NCBI GenBank assembly: GCA_951406725.2
Contig: OX597815.1
Span: 34,286,001 to 34,350,000, forward strand
Length of the DNA stretch: 64,000 nucleotides
Reading direction: 5' to 3'
Origin: Octopus vulgaris
Taxonomy: Eukaryota
The notes beneath the pieces are model-generated. The model worked only from the letters and a program-made list of their open reading frames with translations. It did no database searches and had not been told where the DNA came from. The position numbers and the translations under genes are program-made. This document shows, one piece after another, positions 52,822 through 64,000 of the stretch. Numbering within the stretch: the stretch's first letter is position 1; each line of letters begins with the position of its first letter.

Positions 52822-53174
52822 TGTATGTATGTATGTATGTATGTATGTATGGATGGATGGATGGATGTATGTATGTATGTATGTATGTATTCATGTACGT
52901 GTGTATTTATTTATGCATGTTTGTTGTATTGAAAACGCGACAGTGTCATACATTTATGATTTTCTCAAATATTTTTCCATATTCTCTCATGAATGTCTTG
53001 CAGTCTATTTGGAACAGTAGTTCCCAAACCCATTATCAACGCTTGAAGATCTGTTGGCGTGTATCACTACCTCTAATAGGTCAATGTGATTGGAGTAACA
53101 TTAACATCGGAATTCTTCATCAAAATGCTCAGAGCACAAAGAGAAGGGCAGCTTCATTTGCGCTCAAAAGAAAT

Positions 53175-54040
53175 GCCTGTTGACGAAAATTATCGTAGGA
53201 TAATCTCCCTCACTGGATCCGTCATTAAATCATTTCAATAGTCTGCTGAAACACCTAGAACAAAGCTTGCTCCCAGAGAAAGAAGGAAACAGCGGGAAAA
53301 GGACACTTAAGCGTGGAACATCTCTCGGCAACCAGAGCGACTCGAGTCAGCGTAATTTCGGTTCGTTAATCTGTACCGGTCGTGGGACTGTAAACATGCA
53401 GCTTGTAACACATAAACCCCAGGTGAATGTCACGTGCAGCCCTAGGATCTGTATATCTTTATAGACATGAATGCTTTCGACACGATCAGGGGAAACGGTT
53501 GGTAGACGATCACAGAAAAGTTTTATTGACTTAGCAAATTCATCCCAGCAGTTCAACAGTTCGGCTGAGAAGCATCTTGCGCTTCCCAGTAACAAATCAC
53601 ATCAAAGCTGGGTCCAAGCTCCCACACTCTTCAACAAGATACTCTTGGCAGTACTTGCAGATGCTTCAGGTAACGTATTGATGGTAAATTATATAACTAA
53701 TACTATCTGCCTTCAAGCCGTCACTAAAGCAAAAGAAACTTGTGTGTTCTCTGCAGTCGATAGATGCGTGAGGCATGTAAACACATACAATAAAACGTTA
53801 CCTCCTCCAGTATTTTATACATGTGTCGGCAGGACAAAATCCCTGACACTCTATATTTTAGCAAATTGACATCCTGATCATCTGCACATTCTGCTAGAAG
53901 GCTCAGATGGAAAAGGATGGTCATGCCAGTCAGAAACTAGCATACCGCATCACAAATGATTTTCTCTACGGAGAACTTTTCAAGGAAAGAGCGCCGTTTC
54001 AGAGCAAAAGAAAGGCTTCGAGAACTGCCTAAAAAATTTG
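53175..54040 (+). mobile_element. RTE-clade LINE relic
   Basis: Broken motifs NYR.ISL, HLEQSLLPE, GRGTVNM, AFDTI, FPVTN, WVQAPTLFN, FLYGEL. Confidence 0.7.
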
Positions 54041-54316
54041 TATCTGGCTCAACATTTTGGTTGGTTCATTCTTGGTACACGCTTATCCAAAATCGCAGCC
54101 GCAGTCCAAGCAGCTGAAAGCAAAAGAACTGTTGCTATTGAAAAGTGTCCACTCCGCAAAGCTAGATATTACAGCGCCTCCGAGTGCTACAGAGTGACGT
54201 AGATATTTATATTTATATATGTATACGTGTATGTATGCGTAATTACATATAAACATGTTGATTGCTGCTTTCAATTCTCCCTCACACGTGTGTGCTTGTG
54301 TGTGAATGTGTGTGCT

Positions 54317-54347
<31 letters not shown>

Positions 54348-54974
54348 GAAAATCAATGTGAAACAAGGAAACAACTGAAAAGGACACTTAAACATGGAAA
54401 AATCTCTCGTCAACCAGAACGACTAGAATCAGTGTAGCCTTGGCGCCTTTGTGTTCAAAGTTTTTGATTCCACGGAGCTACTCTTTGGCTGTACGAGTAA
54501 TAGCAATTATCACTGAGGTGAGAAACAACAATAAAGATTTAGAACATAGAAGACAACAAACGGGTGAGAGAGAGAATTACTAAGAGATACGTGTAAAAGA
54601 GTTCAATAAATGTGTATATATTCCGGGCATTTCACGGGAAGGAAAACAAGAGGCTCACCAGGTGCTGGTGCGAAGGGGGAAAAGAGGATTTTCGTCGCAT
54701 TACAAACAGAATGGATGGACAGAAACTGAAGAACGTGTAACTTTAATGACTACCGTAATTTTTAAAAAAAAGGTGGAATGAAAAGAAAATATTAGGACTA
54801 ACGAAGTAAGATCAAGACAGGGAAACAGAAAGAAAGATAAAGAAAAGGAAAAGAAAGAGTAAGTAGCTGTGAAGTTAAGAGAAAAATTCAAAGAAAGAAA
54901 AGGAGTTAATAAGAAGACAGAATGATCACAATGAAGGAGGAAAAATCTGTTGATGAGCAATAATAGGATGTGGA

Positions 54975-55187
54975 AAGGTGGCAAGCTGGCAGAGTCGTTA
55001 GTACACCAGGCGAAATGCTTAGCGGCATTTCGTCCGTCTTTACGTTCTGAGTTCAAATCCCGCTGCAGTCGACTTTGCCATTCATCTTTTCGAGGTTGAT
55101 AAAATAAGTACCAGTTGAGCACTGGGGTCGATATAATCGACTTACCTCTACCCTCAAAATTGCTGGCCTTCTACCAAAATTTGAAAT
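54975..55187 (+). mobile_element. SINE family B with TSD
   Basis: AATAATAGGATG on both flanks; GAGTTCAAATCCC B box. Confidence 0.85.
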
Positions 55188-57486
55188 TAATAATAGGATG
55201 CTGAGTGGGCTAGAAGTGTATTGGCGGAAATCAAAGTAAGACAAGGAAACAATTGCGGGAAAGGGACAAATGCGCAGTTGGTGGATTGGGCAATATATCA
55301 TATTTTTTTCGTAGTACTGATAATAGCAGGTAGCTATCAAGAAGATATTTTAAGTAAGTTATTTTTAGAACGAAGATTGAAAATAGCATTGTCAAATTAT
55401 GTAAGGTAAAAAAATATAGTTTATCGTGCTAGACACAATTATTCTAAACATTGGAATTAGAAAATATCGGTTGTTGACATTGTAAATAACCTAAATGATT
55501 AAATTCGGCTTATTTTGTGTAATTAAAATAGTCTGAGCTACAGTCACGTAAAAACTGTCGAGAAAAATCAATGTTTACAGTTCAAAATATGATTAAAAAA
55601 TAGCTTTATTACACATTAGAAATTCTTGCTCTAATCATTGAGGAGTTAACAGTATTTTAGTTTTACCACTGTTTCCTGAAGCCAAAGTGGGGGCTACGAC
55701 GTGGTCAAGTTATCTATCAGAAATAGCAGCTAAATGTACAAGTTATCAAAAGTCCTTTTGATGGACGCTTAACCTGTTGGAAGTAGCTGTTAATTTTCGC
55801 AAAAAACTAAATATCCAACCGTCTTTATAAATATATATATACAAAAAGATAAGAGGGTCATGGTGGTTATATATATGTTTGTTCACAGATTTGCTCTGGG
55901 CAGAGCTAAATCCATAAGTTATGGAGGCTCTGCAAAATGATAAGGAGACCTACCTTTCCTCCTGTGACTGACCCATAAAAAAATGGTTATATTGTCTGGA
56001 AGAATTTCCTGTAGAATTTCATTCCAAGTTTAGCTTAAATATATAATTATCTTTTTGCAATGCTTCAGAGAATAACTTTATGGAGTCTGATACATTCATC
56101 ACTATAAATTCGTGGTGAGTAATTACAATACGTTAATTACAACTTATAATTATCCATCGCAAAGTATTTCCATGAAGATTCAATACATCGTCAATAAATT
56201 TATCGCCATGCCAAATACGTCGGTAAATCCATCGTTATACTATTTATCCGCAGAATAAATACATCGCTATGCATTAAAGCTTTTATTTGTGCAGAAAAAT
56301 ACTTAGCATTTCATTCACAAGGAAAAAGAAATTCAAACACAGAAAAAAAAAATATTGATATCAAATTTATTCAATATTTACCTGAAAAAGAAAATCAACG
56401 TTACTTTTAAATGTAGAAATATAAAAAAATACAATTATATGATAATACACTTAAATTGGCAGAAGGAAGAAACATCTTTAAAGACAATAAATGAACAATG
56501 TTTCTTTAATAATTCAGTAACTTTTCTTCTTGACATTCAATGACGATGCTATGAATGCTCGCTGCACTTTATAATTCTTTTTGCAACGCAGAATTTCCGA
56601 GTCGGCGTTAGATAATTCGATTGTTATTTCGTTCCTTTGTTAATTTTTTTCATTTTTTCGAGATGTCTAAAAGTTTCCAGATTCTTGGAGGTAATATTTT
56701 TGTCTTTGAATTTCTTGAATTTATGATATATTATGTTTTTATCTCTGATTAAACATTTAAAATAACGTTTAGTGTTCTATTTACTCTGCGGATAAAAAGT
56801 ATAATGATAAATTCACTCACGATTATATTACCAGGCGATGAAATTACGAGCGATATATGTGTGTGTGTGCGCGCGTGACTGCATGTGTATTTATGTATGT
56901 ATGTATGTATGTATGTATGTATGTATGTATGTATGTATGTATGTATGTATGTATGTATGTATACATAACTATTTATCCATCTATCTGTGATTGTGAGAGA
57001 GGGAGAGAGAGCGTGCGCGCGTGTGTTCTAACTACAACGTAATTACTCGCGATGGATTTGCTTCGAATTATCTCTAACCTGTCTTTGTGGCACAAATCTA
57101 GCATTTAAAGCTATCTCGACGTCACAACATCGATATGAAGATTTCATTGTTCTGCCGATTACTGAATACTTTCATATGTTTTTGTCATCGGCCATATTTC
57201 TTACGAACCATAGCGATTTTAGAAAATTATGTTGCAATAAATTTTTCTGCTCGTTTGGTTAGTTACAAAAAAAAAAGAAACTTTAGAAGAATGACAGATA
57301 ATCAAAACCATTATTTATTAACTAATTGATAGTAAAATACTATGTGAGATGTGACCCGACTCAGACATTGTGTGATAATTAGTGTTGCCTCTGATATTTA
57401 GTGCGCAGAGTGAAAAGAGCTTGTTAGAGACGAATTTCACCTCTGTCAAGCAGAGCAGACACTATTCAAGAAAATACTGAATTGTC

Positions 57487-57775
57487 AGGAAGTACATGGC
57501 CTAATGGTTAGAGCAGCAGATTCGCGGTCGAGAGATCACGGGTTCGAATCTCAGACCGGGCGATATGTGTGTTTATGAGCGAAACACCTAAGCTCCACGC
57601 TGTTCCGGCAGAAAGTAATGGCAAACTTCTGCTGACTCTTTCGCCACAACTTCCCTCAATCTTGCATCTAGCAGCTCACCTACAGCGGACCAGCGTCCCG
57701 TCCAGGTGGGGAACCTATACGCCAATGAAACCGAGAAACCGCCCTTATGAGCCAGGCATGGCTCGAGAAGGAACA
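57487..57775 (+). mobile_element. tRNA-derived SINE family D
   Basis: TGGCCTAATGG A box, GGTTCGAATCTC B box, then a non-tRNA body with GCGTCCCGTCCAGG. Confidence 0.75.
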
Positions 57776-58314
57776 TACAATAGCAACAATGTATCACAGC
57801 AACCTACAGTGGTTCTTGTCTTTTACTAAAACAGTGGAATTGAAGAATACCTTTATCGAAGAGTTCATAATCTTCAAATATAGATGTTTTTATATTTATT
57901 TCGTTGTTTTTGACTGCTCCTATTCTATAACAATAAAAACAATTCTATAATTTATGAAATGAATACGCGTAACTATTCCTTGCATTCGCTTGTGTGGAAC
58001 ATTTTGTGCTCTGTATTTATAGTATTTTTAAGCAAACGTGTCAGCAGACACCGCTTTTAAACCAACGTGCATTAGGCACATTTGTTTACTGCCGTATTTA
58101 ACCCCAGGCCAAATCTGTTCCTGCAGACCTATAGTCAAAGGCGTTACAGTCATGACTATCATGTTTTTGTAGAAGCATCCAGGAATTCCATTATTACCAT
58201 TATCTAATGTGTCCTTTCTGTTTTCAGATAGTAAGAAATGATTTGAGGGAAATTCGGATGCTTTCGTTTCATGCAAGGTTAGCGATTATGTACACCTATC
58301 TGGGTCATAACCAA

Positions 58315-58560
<246 letters not shown>

Positions 58561-59183
58561 AGGGAGAGAGAGGGAGATTGTTCACCGCGTCTTATTTATA
58601 TTTACCATGGCTTATTTGAGTTTTGGTTTGGTTTGGTATTTCTACTTTCCCATATTGTTATTATTATTATCGTTATATATTTATCTTTTATTTATCCTTC
58701 TATTTTACCTTATGGTATTGCAGTTTAATCTTCTTAACTTATAATCCATTTATGTGTGTCTCCGTTCTATCTTTGTTTTTATTTTTACTTTCATTCTAGT
58801 TGAAACGTCCTATACAAATTCCATTGCTTCTCATTTTGGATAACTAGAGAAATCTTGCTGTCTCAGATAAACACATCCCTAACAAATGTAGTAGTAACCA
58901 TACTAGCAATGAACTAAATATCGTAGAATTTAACTATAAGCTGACCACTGCAGAAAGTGGTGGACATCAAATTTTAATACCATATGGTGGTACTGTTTGT
59001 CCCTGGTAGTCTACTACGATTATGTGAGAGAGGTGACCAAATTCCATTAGAAACAACGGTCACCAAATTCTTTCCTATCTTCGTCTTTCATTTCCGTGAT
59101 GCTCTCTCTTTCTCTTCCTATTTCTTCTTGTTTCTCTCCATTTCTATTTTCCTTTTACGTTTTCTTTCTTTTCTTTTTTTTTT

Positions 59184-59678
59184 CTAGGAAACTAGTCCGT
59201 TAGAGAATCTCTATTCGAAATAGAGGCAGTATACGAACCAAACAGTTGTGTTTACCGCCACTTTAACGCAGATGTTCTTTAAGAGAAGATAATATTGCTA
59301 TTTTAACCCCAGGAAGACATCTTTTCCAGCTGGTTAATTTAGTGCGCTTTCGCACCCGATATTTATTGCAAGCAGGAGATAACTCCTGCTACCCTAGCTT
59401 CGAGACCATCAGACCACATGATTTCGATCTTATTGGATCTCTTCGGTGGTAGGTACTCATTTGCTAGGCATGGCAGTAGTTCAACCTTGCTTGCAATGCA
59501 TAAAAAATACAGTGTTATGCAATTACTGATTTTGTAACTAGAAAAACTAGTCCGTTAGAAAATCTGTTCGAGATAGAAGCAGTATACGAACCCAAAAGTA
59601 TTGTGGTTACTTTAACGTGGATGTTCTCTAAGATAACACGATATTGCTATTTTAACCCTAGGGTTAAAATAGCAGTAT
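59184..59678 (-). mobile_element. Penelope-type repeat: full unit, partial tandem unit and fold-back
   Basis: 59184-59310 repeated at 59538-59660; 30-bp palindrome 59645-59674; hammerhead-like motif 59405-59450. Confidence 0.65.
59405..59450 (-). ncRNA. degenerate type I hammerhead motif
   Basis: ACCA-CCGAAGA-GATC(CAATAA)GATC-GAAA-TCATGTGG-TC-TGAT. Confidence 0.5.
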
Positions 59679-59959
59679 ATATATATATAACACGCACGCG
59701 CACCTACGTTTTGGGATCACCAATACTTTATCTCATCCACACACCCAAACATTGCTGACGCACACACTTACATACGCACATATCCACTCATCAAAATCTC
59801 TATCCCCTATCCACACACACACTTAACCATTCTCACACACTCGCACGCACACCTTCGTGTTGAGATAACCAATACTTTATCATCTCCCTTTCTTTCTACC
59901 TTTCCTGTCAAATCATTTTTTCCCAACAAGCCACCATGTTTGATCGCTAAATCCACAAG

Positions 59960-60125
59960 TTTTTTTTTATATTCTCTCTGTTTATTTTCTCTTATTCCTT
60001 TCTGTTGCAGACCGTAGGCTCGAAATGTATAAAAGACTTTTTCACTTTCTCGAGCGTCAAACTAATACACCTGCTGGTTGTTCATACACCTGTCTTGGTC
60101 TTTTGTTTTTCTGTAAATTTCAACT
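59960..60125 (+). mobile_element. Penelope-type repeat fragment, family of 4848-4980
   Basis: CGTAGGCTCGAAA..AAAAGACTTTT..GAGCGT..TAATACA..CACCTGTCTT shared. Confidence 0.6.
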
Positions 60126-61194
60126 ATATATAACACATCCATGTTTGGTCAAACGGCAGAAAAAAAGTTGTTAGCTAATATAGTGTTCAGACGTTCATCT
60201 TCTCTACTAGGGTACGTGACTTATGTATGAAGCAGATATAAATAGATGTCTTTAAAAAAAAAAAGGAAAACGAAATATTAACAAATCGATCGACCGATCA
60301 TACAGTCACCTTTATACAGAGTAGAAGTGTAAAAATGAAGTTATAATTAGTGTGTTACTGAGTGAGTAAATGAATGTAGAAGTGGATCCAAAGGGTAGCT
60401 CTCTGGCAGGGTTTTAATTGATTGACTTAAATACAAGCACTTCATTGTGATTGGTTGGAAATTAGTGAGGCATGGTTGGTTGATTGGTTGGTTGGCTGGT
60501 TGGTTGTTTGGTTTGATTGGTTTGGTTGGTTGGTTGGTTGGTTTGTTTGTAGTTTGACTGGATGTTGGTAATTGGTAAGTAGATCGGCTGGCTGGCTGGC
60601 TGGCAGGCTGGCTGGCTGGCTGATTGGTTGACTTTTAACCCTGACACAGTCTCCCTTGTGCATGAATGATGATAAAATTTACTCAAACTGTGAAAAACCT
60701 GGCCACATAAATGTCATTACCATATTAAAGCAGCAGGATGTATCCCAAGAATTAGCTGTTATTTCCCTCGCGCCCTATGTAGTAAAATGTTATTTTGTGG
60801 TGGTAGTGATCGCAGCCGATCTGTCGGCGATCGAACCAAGTAAACCATGTTCCCATTATTTTTTCAAACTGGTGATACTTATCTGTTGGTTACAAGTTCT
60901 GATGGAAATGTCACCATTTTTCAGTGAAGGGTGGGATTTGAACTTTGAAAGCACTGAGCCGGAAGATATACCGCAAGGCATCACTTCCAACATTCTTACA
61001 ATTCCCCACCAACCCACCAACGTGGACTACTACTATTATTTTTATCGACCCCGAAAGAATAAATGTCAAAGCTGAGTTCGGTAGTGTTTGAACTCACAAC
61101 ATTCAAATTGTCCGAAAAAATACCACGAGTCATTCTATTGAACAACCTAATGACTTTGTAATCTTCTAGATGTGCCAATATTATAACGATTGGG

Positions 61195-61410
61195 AAGGCG
61201 TCGAACTGGCAAAACTGTTACAGCATCGGACAGAATGCTTAGCGGCATTTTTCTCGTCTTTACGTTCTGAGTTCAAATGCCACCGACGTTGGCTTTGTCT
61301 TTCATTCTTTCGGGGTCGATAAAATAAGCTCCAGTAGGACACTGGAGTCGATGTAATCATCTTCTCACTTCCCCTCAAATTGCTGGCCATGTGCCAAAAT
61401 TTCAGACCGG
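61195..61410 (+). mobile_element. SINE family B with 15-bp TSD
   Basis: TATTATAACGATTGG at 61179-61193 and 61411-61425. Confidence 0.88.
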
Positions 61411-61563
61411 TATTATAACGATTGGTGTTTTGATTTTTGTTATATTTTTATATATTTTATATTTCCAGATCATACTTGACGACAGACATTGTTATAACAG
61501 ATTTTTAATAAAATTGTCATGAAGAAAGTGGCAACTTCCAGTTTCACATGCTAATTCATATAA

Positions 61564-61878
61564 GTCCGTCGGTTACGACGTCGAGGGTCCCAGCTGATAC
61601 GATCAGCGGAACAGACTGCTCGTGAAATTAATGTGCAAGTGACTGAGCAATCCACAGACACATGTACCCCTAACGTAGTTCTCAGGGAGATTCAGCGTGA
61701 CACAGAGTGTGACGAGGCCAGCCTTTTGAAATACAGGTACAACTCATTTTTGCCAGCTGAGTGGACTGGCGCAACGTGAAATAAAGTGTCTTGCTCAAGG
61801 ACACAATGCATCGCCGGGAATCGAACTAACGACTTTACGATCGTGAGCCGAATGCCCTAACCACTAAGCCACGTGCCT
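61564..61878 (-). mobile_element. tRNA-derived SINE with family C head and core but a different tail
   Basis: TGGCTTAGTGG, GTTCGATTCCC, TTGTGTCCTTGAGCAAGACACTTTATTTCACGTTGC..CACTCAGCTG shared with 10938-11272. Confidence 0.85.
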
Positions 61879-61969
61879 TCACATATGCTGCATTAGTAAC
61901 ACCAGAGAAAAAGCAGCAGCGAGAGTAAGTGGTCTCTTACACATTATTAGGTCCTGAACATTATTTGCT

Positions 61970-62262
61970 AGTACTTATTCTATCGGTCTCTTTTGCCGAA
62001 CTACTAATTGGCAGGGACATAAACACACCAGCATCGGTTGTCAAGCAATGCTAGGGGCACAAACACAGACACACAAATATACACACACACACATATATAT
62101 ACATATATACGTCTAGTTTCTTTCAGTTTCCGTCTACCAAATTCACTCACAAGGATTTTGTCGGCTCGAGGCTATACTAGAAGACACTTGCCCAAGGTGC
62201 CACGCAGTAGGACTGAACCCGGAACCATGTGGTTAGTAAGCAAGCTACTTGCCACACAGTCA
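61970..62262 (-). mobile_element. SINE family A, partial
   Basis: Colinear with 1200-1500. Confidence 0.85.
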
Positions 62263-62306
<44 letters not shown>

Positions 62307-62649
62307 AGTTTATCCATTTACCTATTTAATTCACACGTACATAAATATATATATACATACGGGGAGAGGGGTGGTGGGAGGAAGAGGAGGAGGAGGAGGA
62401 GGAGGAGGAAGAAGAAGAAGAAGAATAAGAAGAAGGAATTTTCTTTTGAAAAAGAACGTAACGATTTGAATGACACTTCTTTATAGTGTTTAGGATATTT
62501 TTAGTCACTTGCAGCTTGTTTAGGTTGTAACAGTTGAGTAAAAAATGTTTACACGTTTCTTAAAGTAGCTATTGGGGATTAGCACTTTTTCAAGTTATTT
62601 TTATGCCACGCGCACACACATCATTCATTTTTTAAAACTTTTCTTTCTT

Positions 62650-63128
62650 CTTTCAGTCATTGGGGCACCATCTAGGAAGGGCTTGTAGAACAAATCAACC
62701 ACAGTAGATATTTTGAAAGACGGGCATTTATTCTATCGTTCTCTTATGCCTAACCGCAAGGTTATGGGACGTAACTAAACCAACAGCGGTTGTCAAGCGA
62801 GGGGAAGGGGACAAACACTACTACACAAACCCACACTCACTCTCACACTTACGCATACAGACACACACACATTCACACGCTCACATGTACAGCCACATAC
62901 GCACACATACACACACACACATTCACACGTTCATATGTACAGCCACATATACATACATACACACACACACACAGATACATATAAACGGTCCTCTACACAA
63001 TTTCCCTCTACCAAATTCACTCACAAAACATTGGTCATCCGAAAGCCATAGCATACTTGCCAAAGATGCCCCACAGTGGGACTGAACCCGAAACCACATG
63101 GTTTCAAAGCGACTATCTAGCTACACAG
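62650..63128 (-). mobile_element. SINE family A, old copy with expanded internal microsatellite
   Basis: TTTCAGTCAT, GGTTGTCAAGCG, CTACCAAATTCACTCACAA and GGGACTGAACCC blocks. Confidence 0.75.
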
Positions 63129-63217
63129 TGAAGTTAAGAGCTAAAAAGGTATTCAATTACACATAACTACATCAATTCAAGGTGTACTATATAAGCTGAA
63201 ATCGCAAGAATATATTA

Positions 63218-63339
63218 TTGGGTTGTCCGGAAAGTTCGTGCCGATTTTTAAAGGAAAGGAAAAGTTCAATAAATACTTGCCATTACATTTTAAATCAACC
63301 AAATATGAACCATTTTGTTGCACAATGCGTCTCTATCTT
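63218..63339 (-). mobile_element. mariner 3' terminal fragment, same family as 21841-23116
   Basis: TA|TTGGGTTGTCCGGAAAGTTCGTGCCGATTT then the reverse complement of about 22995-23085. Confidence 0.88.
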
Positions 63340-64000
63340 GCGTGCGGAAGAAAATTATTTATTCTCCATGAGCAGTAATCTAAAGAAATGAATTTAGAAA
63401 AAGCACTTGGACTCTATTAAAAGATGTATTTCCATTAACATAACTAGTTTCACATCTTCATGAATTTTATAATTTAATGCAGTTTGGAATCATTCACTTC
63501 ATTTAATAGCATGTACAAAAATAGAGAAGAGTAAATTTGTAATTTGGCGCCTTATAACAGCCGTTCCTAATTTCCTAATTTTGATTGGTTATTTAGGCAA
63601 GATATATTATTAACTTAATTAGTGAAAAACTTCTTTACAATTGCTGGTGAATGTATAATTTTCAGTGTTTTTTTAGGCATTATTGTTTTAAAATTGAGTA
63701 GCGAATTTAGAATTTGGTGTGTTGATGAATATTTCTTTAGGATATTTTGTCGTAATTTGATGAGTCTCGGCTTGTATTTTTCAATAAATATATATTTTTT
63801 ATTTTCTATATTTTGTCTGTGGTTTTGTCACATGATATATACAATAAAAAAACATGAGTCCAAGTGCACACGGGTATTTGTCCAATACTGGGATGTCTTA
63901 CTTGTTGAGGTTGAACTATTATTCTAACCCACGGTGAAAAGCAGTTCTATTGTATATAAAACTAAGTGCTTGATTTGTTAGATAACCGTCAATATTTCAA

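Overview
Eukaryotic, AT-rich, repeat-saturated DNA with no host exon I can support; it is either intergenic or inside a very large intron. The mix of tRNA-headed SINE families, (TA)n/(TATG)n/(TAA)n microsatellites, R4/Dong-type, CR1 and RTE LINE relics, mariners, non-autonomous Helitrons and Penelope-type repeats looks like an Octopus (cephalopod) genome; that assignment is inference. Almost all ORFs in the track are microsatellite artefacts, and the real protein matches are decayed transposon ORFs. Most notable: (1) at least eight hammerhead-ribozyme-like motifs in three structural families, including type I hammerheads with a 75-94 nt helix II domain, a pyrimidine-pyrimidine opposition at the base of helix II and palindromic helix III; (2) a 3'-terminal stem-loop shared, with compensatory changes, between a CR1-type LINE and the commonest SINE; (3) a short non-tRNA retroposon with a TSD and a partial HDV-ribozyme-like motif; (4) several locally templated duplications and fold-backs. 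Coordinates were read by eye and may be off by a few bases.
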